64,000 bases of DNA from Actinomycetota bacterium (GCA_023481285.1 JAMCWL010000004.1:6115-70114); one strand, 5' to 3'. Positions 9,685 through 18,767 are shown, numbered from the stretch's first letter. Numbers and translations: made by a program. The notes: a model not told the origin generated them from the letters alone.

Positions 9685-10843
9685 CTTTCTCCTCGATTAT
9701 TAGGTCTTTTATGAGAGAGCAGACTTCGGCGGAGGCCGAAGGGTTGGCAAAGCCGGCGATCGAATCGACAAGCTCCTGCCTCTTTGCGCTGGACGACATG
9801 AGCTCGCTAACCCGGCGAGAGATGTCGGAGGCGTCACATAGGAGGCCGTTCCCATTCCCACCCGGCGCTCTCCAGAGAAGATGATCGATGATCGACTGCT
9901 CCTGGCCGGGGAGCGCTCCTATAAAGAGAGTGGGCGTCTGAGAAGCAGCCGCCTCAACGAGGGTACTCGGACCGGACTTGGTTATCAGAAGATCGGCCGC
10001 TTTTAACCACTCGTCGACGTTCTCGACGAAGCCTAGGACCTTTGCCGATTCTTCGAAGCGGCGTTCGATCTTCTTTTTCAACTTTGAATTACGCCCGGTG
10101 AAGATGTATAACTCGAGTCCGGGCAGATCGGCAAGCTCCTTCACGGCTTGCTTGGACAAGCCGACGCCCTCTCCGCCCCCCATCATAAGGACGGTGAAGC
10201 TCTCTCTCCCTATGCCGAGCTTCCCGCGTAAGCCAACCAGATCGTCCGGCGGGATGAAGAAACTCCTTCGAGTCGGGAGCCCGGTCACGAAAACTTTTTC
10301 GCCAGGTATTCCCAACCCGACCAGCTCGTTACGGACGAATTCAGTCGGAGCGCAATAAATCGATGCCCGCCGTGAGAGCCAGGCGGGGTGGACTCGCGCC
10401 ATGTCCGTGACGACGACGGCGAATGGCACTCCCCTGTCCCAAGCGACCTCGCCAATCAGCTCGTTGACTAAAGGAATGACCGATAGAACTGCGGATGGAT
10501 TGAGCTCATCAAAAAGCTCCTCGACCCTGTCTTTCGTCCACAACCGGGTCAATCCCTCGATCGTTGAGAAACGATTGCCGCTCGATGTCGACTCAAAAAG
10601 CAAGTTCCAAAGCGCCGGTGAGCGACGAACTATCTGCCGGTGGGCATTGTTAATCAGCGAGAGCGGAAAGTCGAGAAGCTCTTCGAAAGCGTTGACCACC
10701 GTGAGATCGAACCCCAGGAGCGCCCCTTCAAAGCGCTCCTTCAGCGCCAGACCGACACTCTTATGCCCCCCACCGGCTTCGGCGGTCAGCATTAATATGC
10801 TGCGATTATTTGCCACAACTATTGCTCCAACCCCTAATATCAC
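9662..10843 (-). CDS. Glycosyltransferase family 28, MGDG-synthase-like (diacylglycerol glycosyltransferase)
   Basis: 393 aa. ILMLTAEAGGGHKSVGLAL N-terminal motif and a C-terminal GT-B fold (TKSGPSTLVEA). Start uncertain; an internal GTG near 10816 is possible. Confidence 0.75.
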   Translation of the reverse strand: MILGVGAIVVANNRSILMLTAEAGGGHKSVGLALKERFEGALLGFDLTVVNAFEELLDFPLSLINNAHRQIVRRSPALWNLLFESTSSGNRFSTIEGLTRLWTKDRVEELFDELNPSAVLSVIPLVNELIGEVAWDRGVPFAVVVTDMARVHPAWLSRRASIYCAPTEFVRNELVGLGIPGEKVFVTGLPTRRSFFIPPDDLVGLRGKLGIGRESFTVLMMGGGEGVGLSKQAVKELADLPGLELYIFTGRNSKLKKKIERRFEESAKVLGFVENVDEWLKAADLLITKSGPSTLVEAAASQTPTLFIGALPGQEQSIIDHLLWRAPGGNGNGLLCDASDISRRVSELMSSSAKRQELVDSIAGFANPSASAEVCSLIKDLIIEEKDEIRVYV

Positions 10844-11083
10844 GATGAGAAATGCAGGATCAGCACTCTTGCGCTTGCATAGTAACCTTGACGAAAAAAT
10901 TAGACTTCAACTTATGCAAACTTTAACACGTTACGGGCCTTTGTCAAAATACCGTATTTTCGAGCATCTGAAATCTAGTCGTGATAATGATGATTTCGAG
11001 TGCTTTTTCGTGAGGCAATTCGAGCTTGCGACCTGGTTGAAAACGCGTATAATAATGGTCGCGCGCAAAATGCGGAGAAAAGC

Positions 11084-11155
11084 GCGGGCATAGTTCAGTG
11101 GTAGAACGTCGGCTTCCCAAGCCGAAGATCGCGGGTTCGAGTCCCGTTGCCCGCT
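11084..11155 (+). tRNA. tRNA-Gly (anticodon CCC)
   Basis: Cloverleaf read by hand: acceptor GCGGGCA/TGCCCGC, anticodon stem TCGGC/GCCGA with loop TTCCCAA, T-loop GGGTTCGAGTCCC. Confidence 0.9.
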
Positions 11156-11163
11156 CCCAGCTC

Positions 11164-11201
11164 AGAGAGGGTATTGGAGTTTCCCAAGCCCTCTCTTTTT
11201 C
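11164..11201 (+). terminator. Intrinsic terminator after tRNA-Gly
   Basis: AGAGAGGG...CCCTCTCT stem followed by TTTTTCG. Confidence 0.6.
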
Positions 11202-11442
11202 GTCTCTGTCTACCATCTGTCTACCACTTCAAACCAAAAGCCCTCAAAAACGGCCTCAAATTTCGGCCCTATCTTCACCCTCACGGCGTTTTTCACCCTT
11301 CCCGTCCGTTGGATAGGCAAGCGAAGAGAAGGGCGTAGAAAGGCTCTCAGGGCTTCATCTAACACTTTTCTAACAGGGCCTCGGATTGGAAGGGAAAGAG
11401 CGCCTCCCGCCCGCTCCCCGCCTTTTGGCTTCACGTGCTTTT

Positions 11443-11640
11443 ATGATGCTCTGTGTCGATCATGACCGTTATGAGGCGCACGTCTGTGACGACGCCGGTG
11501 CGGTCTACGATGCCCTAGTCCAGGACGGCTATGAAGACGACGAGGGTAAGAGGCGCCTTTCCTGGCTGGCTAAGGAAGTCCTGGAAGAGCTTTCCGGGAA
11601 AGAAGAGGCGCTCAAGTCGATCCTCTTTGAAGAGATATAG
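11443..11640 (+). CDS. Small acidic hypothetical protein (about 65 aa)
   Basis: ORF track 11386..11640 with an internal ATG at 11443. Asp/Glu-rich, no recognisable motif, weak RBS. Followed by the hairpin at 11705-11738. Confidence 0.3.
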   Translation: MMLCVDHDRYEAHVCDDAGAVYDALVQDGYEDDEGKRRLSWLAKEVLEELSGKEEALKSILFEEI

Positions 11641-11704
11641 TACTATCCCCATACTGAGCGGCGCTTATAAACCAATATAGCGCTTTGTTTACCAGGGGAA
11701 ATAG

Positions 11705-11738
11705 AAAAGGCCGGGAAGGGATGACCACCCGGCCTTTT
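11705..11738. terminator. Bidirectional-looking GC hairpin
   Basis: AAAAGGCCGGG...CCCGGCCTTTT, with an A-run on one side and a T-run on the other. Confidence 0.5.
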
Positions 11739-11799
11739 CTTCATCCCAATCCTCTGAGTTTAAAGAATCACTTGTAATTGCCGATTCTTTGGGGTAGAT

Positions 11800-11877
11800 T
11801 AAAGCTACAAAGACCTAGTCCTGAATTGTCACCGTATGGTGCGCGTTCCTGGATAACTCCAGGATAGGGACTAGGTC
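11800..11877 (-). terminator. Nested stem-loop immediately after the DUF3800 gene
   Basis: Outer 10-bp stem GACCTAGTCC (11812-11821) pairs with GGACTAGGTC (11868-11877). Inner hairpin CCTGGA-TAAC-TCCAGG. The minus strand continues TTTGTAGCTTTA. Confidence 0.45.
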
Positions 11878-11888
11878 AGGTTGTTTTA

Positions 11889-12506
11889 TCAGACGAAACG
11901 CCATATATTCTCGATCCTTGGTTGTATTATCTTAAGGTAATCCTGGGCATCCTGCTTATCACCGTCACCAGCGCGTCTTATGCTACCTACTACCATATCA
12001 GCGAGCTGGATAAGATCGTCACGGTGTGATTCCCGAAATTGCACGTCGCTTATAATATCCGGGCCTAATTCGCGTCTCAGGTACACCTTGAGTTTACGCT
12101 TGACCTCTCGGCTACCGCGTCCGTCGAGGCGCAGTTTGGCTTTCGAGATAGTTCCTCCATGGTTTTTCAGCAGCGATTTTATGAAGAAGTTATAAAACGA
12201 TTCTTTTTGTTCTCGGAGCGTCTGGCTATAGATACAGCCCTTTTCAACGTAAATTGCGCGCACCCTGAAACCACAGCCGGCGACTCCGTCAAGGAAGCGC
12301 ATCCGAAAGGCGCGATTCATGCTATTGAAATGGAACTCAAATGCAGGGTGCAGCTTCATCTCTTGCCGTATTGCTTTAATCCGCTGATATGTCGCTTGCG
12401 CATCCTCTGCTGTATCGAAGATGACCGTAGCAACTGCGAAAGATTTGGTTGCGCCCTTGGCTACCTTAAAGCCGGGGTCTCCCGAATCGTCGAGAAAGAT
12501 CAACAT
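11889..12506 (-). CDS. DUF3800-family protein
   Basis: 205 aa. N-terminal MLIFLDDSGDPGF and the later DLIQLADMVVG pattern are characteristic of DUF3800. AT-richer than its surroundings. Confidence 0.75.
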   Translation of the reverse strand: MLIFLDDSGDPGFKVAKGATKSFAVATVIFDTAEDAQATYQRIKAIRQEMKLHPAFEFHFNSMNRAFRMRFLDGVAGCGFRVRAIYVEKGCIYSQTLREQKESFYNFFIKSLLKNHGGTISKAKLRLDGRGSREVKRKLKVYLRRELGPDIISDVQFRESHRDDLIQLADMVVGSIRRAGDGDKQDAQDYLKIIQPRIENIWRFV

Positions 12507-12523
12507 GGCGTAATTCTATCATG

Positions 12524-12557
12524 TGAAAGAAAAGGCCAGGCATAAAACCCGGCCTTT
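12524..12557 (-). terminator. Intrinsic terminator (minus strand) downstream of the 12.6-12.84 kb structured segment
   Basis: The minus strand reads AAAGGCCGGG-TTTTATG-CCTGGCCTTT followed by TCTTTC. Confidence 0.5.
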
Positions 12558-12595
12558 ACTTTGTCCAGAGACGATACCCCAGGCCAAGGGGCCAA

Positions 12596-12843
12596 GGGGG
12601 ACGTTGGTTGCCAGCGTTGCTTTATCTGCTTATCCAGTCGTTTAAGTCTACCGTCGCGGCTAGATCACGTCCCCGAAGGAGTAATCTCGAAACTGTTGAG
12701 CGGTGGATATTCAAGAGGCCGGCGGTTTGGGCGAAGGAGAGGCCGATCTGTGAAACCGCAAGGATAGCAAGCCTTAGTTGTCTTGACATAGGCTAAGTTT
12801 ACAGGGTTCAGCGTATGATTGCAGCTTGCGCAACCAACGTCCC
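12596..12843. ncRNA. Candidate structured non-coding element closed by a 15-bp perfect inverted repeat (class unknown)
   Basis: GGGGACGTTGGTTGC (12597-12611) is the exact reverse complement of GCAACCAACGTCCCC (12829-12843). Internal hairpins include GCGGTTT/AAACCGC (12722-12759) and TCTACCG/CGGCTAGA (about 12648-12665). There is no convincing ORF in the 350-bp gap. Confidence 0.3.
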
Positions 12844-12857
12844 CTCTCTCCCTCTCC

Positions 12858-13829
12858 CTAAAAAATGATTCTCCCGGCCCAGCCGACAAACATCAAAAAC
12901 CATCCTAGCCCGGTAGCGATAAGCCAGCAAGCGATAATGATGCCGAGTGCTGCGCTCCGGCCAAGCCATCGCTTTAGCATGGCATAGACAGGGAAATTTA
13001 CGACGGGAGCGCCAAGCATAAACGAGACGGCGCTTGCCAGCGGCACGCCCTTGGACAGCATCGTCTGGACGAGCGGTACGTCGGTCCCAACGGCAAGGAA
13101 GAGGGGGAACCCGCTAACGGCGGCGAGCGCCGGACTCCACCATTGACCGAGGAATGCCGTGAGCGTCTTCGGCGGGATGACGACCTCCAGCATAGCGGCC
13201 AAAACAAGGCTCAGAATGAGCCAGGGAAAGAGTATTCGTATGCTTAAACCTAGCAGTCGCAAGTAAGATCGCCAGGGATAAGTCTTCTCCCACTCCTCAG
13301 GATTCGGGCGGATATCGCAGTAGTCCGGCTCGCAGATGGAGAGCCAGTCGACCGGGGGGCTCAGCTTAAGCCCCTCTTGAAGCCGCGTATGGGCAAGAGT
13401 GCCGGCGACCACGCCGAAAATTATGACGGAGCCCAGCCTCAAAAGGGCGAACCTCCAGCCTAGAGAAAGGGTGAGGACTATCGCCGGCAGTGAAAGCGCC
13501 GATCCGGCGATGGCGAATGAAAGTGTCGGCAGCAGCCGACCGCCCATCCCCCTAAACCGCGCCGCCAGGGGAATCTTTCCGCCTGCCGACTGGGGAAGAA
13601 CGGCCGACGTGATAGAGGCGATGAGGGAGCCGGGAAGACCACCGGTCATAAAAACCTTGGACAGTCGATCTCTTGGGAAAAGTTCGTCAAAAGCAACGGC
13701 TGCACCCAGTGATATAATTAGCAGCGGCGCCAGAACGGCACCGTTCTTGCCAATATGTTCGAGGATGCGGATGAAATCCATGGAAGCGACCTCCATCGAG
13801 AGTGTAAGGTGTTTGGTCGCCATCATCAA
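12858..13829 (-). CDS. Multi-pass permease (UPF0718/ArsP-like predicted permease)
   Basis: 323-aa ORF, hydrophobic throughout with about 8 TM segments. Start probably the internal MDFIRILEH at about 13781. Confidence 0.65.
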   Translation of the reverse strand: MMMATKHLTLSMEVASMDFIRILEHIGKNGAVLAPLLIISLGAAVAFDELFPRDRLSKVFMTGGLPGSLIASITSAVLPQSAGGKIPLAARFRGMGGRLLPTLSFAIAGSALSLPAIVLTLSLGWRFALLRLGSVIIFGVVAGTLAHTRLQEGLKLSPPVDWLSICEPDYCDIRPNPEEWEKTYPWRSYLRLLGLSIRILFPWLILSLVLAAMLEVVIPPKTLTAFLGQWWSPALAAVSGFPLFLAVGTDVPLVQTMLSKGVPLASAVSFMLGAPVVNFPVYAMLKRWLGRSAALGIIIACWLIATGLGWFLMFVGWAGRIIF

Positions 13830-13838
13830 GGAGAGCTA

Positions 13839-14411
13839 TTGAAAGACGTCCTGCGAACCCGGAAGCTTGCCGAGAGAAACGCGCTCGAACAGGTCGTGCG
13901 GGTGGAAATGAGCGCCCTCGTAACCAACCGCTTGCTTGATTTAAAGGAGTTTAAGCTCTCAGGAGTCGTCATGGCCTACGCCTCATTTGGGAGCGAGGTT
14001 GAGACCCGGGTGCTGATAGACGCATCGCTGCGAGCAAGCAAGCGTGTGGTCCTACCCGTTGTTGAAAGAGAGCGGCGGCTTCTGCTTGGCGAGATATGGG
14101 ATACGTCCGAGCTCGTCCCGGGCGCTTTCGGCATCCCGGAACCGGCCAGGGAGGCGCTCAGCCTCGTCGAGCCGGAAGAGGTGGATTTGGCGATCGTTCC
14201 CGGGGTCGCTTTTGACTGTCGAGGATATCGCGTCGGGTACGGTGGTGGCTACTACGATCGATTCTTGAGACTACTCCGGAGCGACGTCCCGAGAGTGGCT
14301 CTTGCGTTCGACATGCAACTGGTCGACGCGGTGCCGGCCGGCGATCTCGACCTGCCGGTCGACATGATCATTACCGAGAGCCGGATCATTGCTTGCCAAA
14401 GCGGTCGGTAG
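13839..14411 (+). CDS. 5-formyltetrahydrofolate cyclo-ligase
   Basis: C-terminal GVAFDCRGYRVGYGGGYYDRFL signature. Start set to the TTG at 13839, preceded by AAGGAG. The track start at 13755 would overlap the convergent permease. Confidence 0.85.
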   Translation: MKDVLRTRKLAERNALEQVVRVEMSALVTNRLLDLKEFKLSGVVMAYASFGSEVETRVLIDASLRASKRVVLPVVERERRLLLGEIWDTSELVPGAFGIPEPAREALSLVEPEEVDLAIVPGVAFDCRGYRVGYGGGYYDRFLRLLRSDVPRVALAFDMQLVDAVPAGDLDLPVDMIITESRIIACQSGR

Positions 14412-16914
14412 GTTGCTTGAACTGCGGCACGAGGGGATAGAAGTCGAGGACCCTGCGTTCAGCGTCGGTCAAGCTGTCGTAGGCGGTTCGATAGAGCTTC
14501 TCGGCGACCTGGCGCCCGGTTACGCTTGAAATTAGGTCGACCTCCGTCCGCAAAACCTCCCTGAAAACCTCGATCTCTTGGCGGAAGTCAAGGTTGTCGT
14601 CAAAACCGATCTCTAAGCGACCGCCTGCCACCAGGACGTCAATGCCGGCGTTGACCATGAACTCGTTTAGCCTGGCCTCCAGGCTGCCGGTGACCCGGGG
14701 CCCGGCAAGCTCACCGTACCCCTCGATCAACAACTCCCCGATCTTAACAACCGTGCTTCGCACCCACCTCTTGCGGAGGTCGACGCTGGCGGACGGTGTT
14801 CCGGCGACCGCCTCCTTTTTGCCCTTGACCGCCCTGACGAATAATCCGATGAGATAAGGGTCGAATTGGGTTCCGGCACAGCGCTGCAATTCGGCGAGCG
14901 CTTCATCGACCGACCTCGCTCTCCGGTACGGGCGGTCAGAGATCATCGCGTCAAACGCGTCCGCGATGGCGAGGATTCGCGAAGTCAAGGGTATTTCGCC
15001 TTTCGACAGCCCGGCTGGATAACCCTTTCCATCATACCTCTCGTGGTGGTGGCGGACGACCGGGGTTATCGGCCAGGGGAAGGGAGCCGCGGAGAGGATG
15101 TTCGCACCGACCAGCGTGTGCTGCTGAATGGCCGATTGCTCTTCCTTGGAGAGCGTGCCCGGTTTGACCAGAATATCGTCTGAGACGCCTATCTTGCCGA
15201 TATCATGCAGATAAGCTGCGGTCTCCAGCGATTGTTTCTGGAGCTCTGAAAGGCCAAGTTCGCCAGCGAGGAGCATGGAATACCTCGCAACCTGTTCCGA
15301 ATGGCCGCGGGTATAAGGATCTTTGGCTTCGACCGCGTTCGCAAGAGCTTTTACCGTATTTACCGACGACTCCCGCAGGCCGTTAAAGAGCCTGACTTTT
15401 TCGACTGCGACCGCCGCCTCACCGCCGAGCGTGGAAAGAAGCCGTATCTCACCGCGGGAGAAACCCGGATTTTTGCGCGAGACCGCCATAATCCCGTTTG
15501 TACTGTCGCCAAGTCGAAGTGGGATGCAGGCGACATGGCCGAGGTTTGGATCGTCGTGCATCACGGGCGCGGATGATTTTTCAAGATCGGCGACGGCCAG
15601 ATCTCTGAGGACGGCTGCACGCTCCTCAGAATCGACGTGATTGAGGGCTCGCCAGGTCTCCGGCAAAAGGCCGATCCCGCCGTCGTTGGCCAGACCAATA
15701 TAGCAAGCCTCCGCCTTGGAAAGCTCGAGGGCCGGTGCTATCAGAGCATCCATGAGCTGTTCAAGGTTGGATGTCCGGCCGAACGCGGCGCTCACGTCGT
15801 GCAGGACTGAGAGCTCGTTGATGCGGTGGGTGAGCTCCTCGGCGCGCTGCTCGAGGCTATCAGCCATCTTGTTGAATATCTCCGCCAGGTCTCCTATCTC
15901 GTCGGCGCTTTGGACGGCGACGCGCTCACTTAAGTTCCCGGAGGCTATTGCTCTAGCGGCGTCGGCGACCTTTTCGAGCGGATTGCTTAAACGTTTGGAG
16001 ATTACATAGCCGATGAGCCCCATAACGATGACGACTAGAGTATTCAAGAGTATGGTATTCGTGACCACGTCCCGCTTCGCAGCATTTACCTCGATGTCGC
16101 TCGAGAGCAAGACGAAAGAGCCGATTACTTCGCCGTGAAGTTTGAGTGGGACCAAGATCATCCGCTGGGGATTGCCAGGGTCATCGGTGGTCGTGATCTC
16201 GTCCTTGTCTGCATCGGCGACTCTGCCGACGGCCCGGTCAACGTTGATAGCGCGCACTTGTTCGTTGGTTAGCGTACTCGCCGCCAGCTTTCCATCCAAG
16301 AAAAGCGCCAGGTCGTAATGGAGGTCTTCTTTTATCTCTTTCAAGATGGGGTTGACGTCGATTCCAACGAGAACCACCCCAATAACGCCTTGGGCCGAGC
16401 GGACGGGGTTGATTCCAACGAGCTGGAGCCCTCGTTTCGTCTCGACCAGATTGGCGCTGTTCATTTCGACTACGCCCTGCTTGAAAAGAGACCACTCGGA
16501 TATCGTAGCCTGGTTATTCAGCAGCCCGCCATTGCCCTCCAGAACCCGGCCGTTCCGATCGGCGACGGCAAAGGAATCGACGCTGAAAGAAGCTTTTATG
16601 GGTAAGAGCTCACGGAGTAGCCTATGCGGATCGCCGGCAGCCAGAGCGGCCGACACTTCTTTCCGGTCGGCCATAGCTTGAGAGCGGAGCCGGACCTCTC
16701 GTTCCTTCTCCCAGAAGAAATCCTGGACGGCGAGAGCGCCATCGCGCATGTGCTGGTTGGCCGCTTGCTCGATCTTTCCCGCGATCCAGTTTCTGGCTAT
16801 CGGCCCGGCGATCGAGGCCACGACGATGTTGAGCAGGGCGAAGGGTATGATTATCTTATACGCGAGCGGAACTCTTTTCTGGTACACTTTCAAGCCCCTA
16901 TTTTGCTGGAGCAA
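14386..16914 (-). CDS. Membrane sensor HAMP-GAF-HD-GYP protein (putative c-di-GMP phosphodiesterase)
   Basis: 842 aa: N-terminal TM, an extracytoplasmic domain of about 270 aa, a second TM, HAMP (AIASGNLSERVAV...IGDLAEIFNKM), GAF, and HD-GYP (YLHDIGK...HHERYDGKGYP), followed by about 140 aa of unassigned C-terminus. Confidence 0.85.
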   Translation of the reverse strand: MLQQNRGLKVYQKRVPLAYKIIIPFALLNIVVASIAGPIARNWIAGKIEQAANQHMRDGALAVQDFFWEKEREVRLRSQAMADRKEVSAALAAGDPHRLLRELLPIKASFSVDSFAVADRNGRVLEGNGGLLNNQATISEWSLFKQGVVEMNSANLVETKRGLQLVGINPVRSAQGVIGVVLVGIDVNPILKEIKEDLHYDLALFLDGKLAASTLTNEQVRAINVDRAVGRVADADKDEITTTDDPGNPQRMILVPLKLHGEVIGSFVLLSSDIEVNAAKRDVVTNTILLNTLVVIVMGLIGYVISKRLSNPLEKVADAARAIASGNLSERVAVQSADEIGDLAEIFNKMADSLEQRAEELTHRINELSVLHDVSAAFGRTSNLEQLMDALIAPALELSKAEACYIGLANDGGIGLLPETWRALNHVDSEERAAVLRDLAVADLEKSSAPVMHDDPNLGHVACIPLRLGDSTNGIMAVSRKNPGFSRGEIRLLSTLGGEAAVAVEKVRLFNGLRESSVNTVKALANAVEAKDPYTRGHSEQVARYSMLLAGELGLSELQKQSLETAAYLHDIGKIGVSDDILVKPGTLSKEEQSAIQQHTLVGANILSAAPFPWPITPVVRHHHERYDGKGYPAGLSKGEIPLTSRILAIADAFDAMISDRPYRRARSVDEALAELQRCAGTQFDPYLIGLFVRAVKGKKEAVAGTPSASVDLRKRWVRSTVVKIGELLIEGYGELAGPRVTGSLEARLNEFMVNAGIDVLVAGGRLEIGFDDNLDFRQEIEVFREVLRTEVDLISSVTGRQVAEKLYRTAYDSLTDAERRVLDFYPLVPQFKQPTDRFGKQ

Positions 16915-17752
16915 ACCCGTTGCGCAACATTAGCTCACGCCCCTCTTTCGCCGTTGCAAAGTCGATGAAAGACCTGGCGGCATCGGAGACTTTTTCCTTG
17001 GTCACAATTCCCAGAGGCCTGATGATCGGATACTTGGCGTCCATGATGTTCTGAACGCTGGGGGCCACGCCGTCCACGGCCACCAAATTTAATCCCAGCT
17101 TCTGGCTCACCGCTGAGCCCAGAGAGAGATAGCCGATACTTGAGGGGGTGTCTTTCAGGGAAGTGATCATGTCCTTCTCATAGTAGAGTATTACGGCCCT
17201 ATCGGTTGTCTTAAAGAACTCGGGAGATCCTAAAATATATTTTCGAAGGATCATTTTGGCCGACTCATCCTCGTTTCTGTCGAGGACGATAATCGCCCCG
17301 TCAGGACCCCCGACTTCTTTCCAATTCGATACTTCGCCGGAGTAGATACGCTTAAGAACGTCCTTCGATAGACTGGTGATCCGCGTATCGGGATGCGTAG
17401 CGACCGCCAGACCATCGTCAGAGAGGAGAGTGTAGGTGAGGCCCAATTCCTTCTCCTTTTGCGTCAGCTCGCGAGAGACCATTCCGATATCGAGAGTGCC
17501 GTTCGCCGCTCCCTCTATCCCCCCCTTCGAGTGAACGCTCGGCAGAAAAAAGAACTCGACTTCGGGATTTCTGCGGTGGTAATCGTCGGCCAATATCTTG
17601 ATGAGCGGATAGGCGGTGCCGGAACCGGAGATTCGCAGTTTGGTCACTTTGCCGGCGGGCGAGACTTCCGTCTTTGTCTTTGCACAGCCGGCAAGGCCGA
17701 TGATCGTGATTGCCATCACGACTGAGACCGTAATTAACCTTAACAGCCGCAT
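16898..17752 (-). CDS. PstS-like (PBP_like_2) substrate-binding lipoprotein
   Basis: Start set at MRLLRLITVSVVMAITIIGLAGC (lipobox LAGC) at 17752. ISGSGTAYPL motif of phosphate-type binding proteins. The 3' end overlaps the HD-GYP sensor start by 17 nt. Confidence 0.75.
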   Translation of the reverse strand: MRLLRLITVSVVMAITIIGLAGCAKTKTEVSPAGKVTKLRISGSGTAYPLIKILADDYHRRNPEVEFFFLPSVHSKGGIEGAANGTLDIGMVSRELTQKEKELGLTYTLLSDDGLAVATHPDTRITSLSKDVLKRIYSGEVSNWKEVGGPDGAIIVLDRNEDESAKMILRKYILGSPEFFKTTDRAVILYYEKDMITSLKDTPSSIGYLSLGSAVSQKLGLNLVAVDGVAPSVQNIMDAKYPIIRPLGIVTKEKVSDAARSFIDFATAKEGRELMLRNGFAPAK

Positions 17753-17816
17753 CTTACCCCCATTTGGTCTCCGAGAACTAGGAAATGATCGTAAGTCTAC
17801 CTGTCCGGCGCCGTCC

Positions 17817-18761
17817 TTAGCCGCTGACGAGCGAAGGCTGCCCGGCCTCGCACCGCTCAACAAGGCGCTGCCATTTATTGCTCACCAGACGCTGGTACTC
17901 TTCGAGAAGAGTCTCTTTCCCCGGCTTAAACAGGTGCTTGAACCGGCCCTGGAGCTTCAGCCACTCCGCTATGGGCTTAAGATCTTTTGGCTTAAAGCTC
18001 AGGCGCCAGACGCCGTCCTCCACCTCGAAGAGCGGCCAGTAGCCGGTCTGTACGGCGAGCTTTGCCAGCTCTATGGTCTTCTCATTTGGAAAACGCCAGC
18101 CTCGAGGACAGGGCGCCAGAACATTAAGAAAGGCCGGTCCGTCCACGGCGAAAGCCTTCTCTGCTTTCTCTACCAGGTCCTTCCAGTGAGAGACCGAGGC
18201 TTGTGCAACATAGGGCACGCAATGATCGGCGACTATCGCTGCGAGATCCTTCCGCCACTGCAGCTTGCCGGGTACCATCTTTCCAGCCGGAGAGGTCGTC
18301 GTCGACGCCCCGAACGGCGTCGCACTGGAGCGCTGGATGCCGGTGTTCATGTACGCTCCATTGTCATAACAGACGTAAACCATGTTATGACCGCGCTCCA
18401 TCGCCCCAGAGAGCGACTGGAGCCCGATATCGTACGTGCCGCCGTCTCCACCGAAGGCGACGAACTTGACATCTTTGTCTATCTTTCCCTTCCGCTTAAG
18501 AGCCCGGTAAGCGGCCTCGACGCCGGCGATGGTCGCCGCGGCGTTTTCGAAGGCGTTGTGGATGAAGGGTGTTTTCCAGGCGGAGTAAGGATAGGGCGTT
18601 GTCGATACCTCCAGGCAGCTCGTCGCCGAGCAGGCCACCACGGGCGCGTTGGCTCCCAGAAGCACCTGCCGGACGGCGATCGAGGCGCCACACCCGGCGC
18701 AGAGACGGTGCCCGCCGGTCAAGAGATCGGGCCTATGGGTTAGCTCTTTCAGAGATGCCAT
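17817..18761 (-). CDS. porB: 2-oxoacid (pyruvate):ferredoxin oxidoreductase beta subunit (TPP-binding)
   Basis: 314 aa. CAGCG...GGDGGTYDIG TPP-binding motifs. Last gene of the G-D-A-B order. Confidence 0.85.
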   Translation of the reverse strand: MASLKELTHRPDLLTGGHRLCAGCGASIAVRQVLLGANAPVVACSATSCLEVSTTPYPYSAWKTPFIHNAFENAAATIAGVEAAYRALKRKGKIDKDVKFVAFGGDGGTYDIGLQSLSGAMERGHNMVYVCYDNGAYMNTGIQRSSATPFGASTTTSPAGKMVPGKLQWRKDLAAIVADHCVPYVAQASVSHWKDLVEKAEKAFAVDGPAFLNVLAPCPRGWRFPNEKTIELAKLAVQTGYWPLFEVEDGVWRLSFKPKDLKPIAEWLKLQGRFKHLFKPGKETLLEEYQRLVSNKWQRLVERCEAGQPSLVSG

Positions 18762-18767
18762 CCGTAA

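Noticed and set aside
12596-12843. A 5' GGGGACGTTGG start reminiscent of tmRNA (ssrA).
   Set aside because: There is no tRNA-like 3' end: no GGGTTCGA T-arm adjacent to the closing helix and no ACCA. The closing helix is 15 bp rather than a 7-bp acceptor stem, and the length of about 250 nt is too short.
17616-18743. A 375-aa plus-strand ORF, and similar long shadow ORFs (548..1288, 1826..2686, 7082..7819, 10401..11093, 35250..36092, 54616..55302, 57783..58463).
   Set aside because: All lie antisense to genes with clear family signatures. They are Arg/Pro/Ser/Ala-rich, as expected from reverse frames of GC-rich coding DNA, and have no recognisable motifs.
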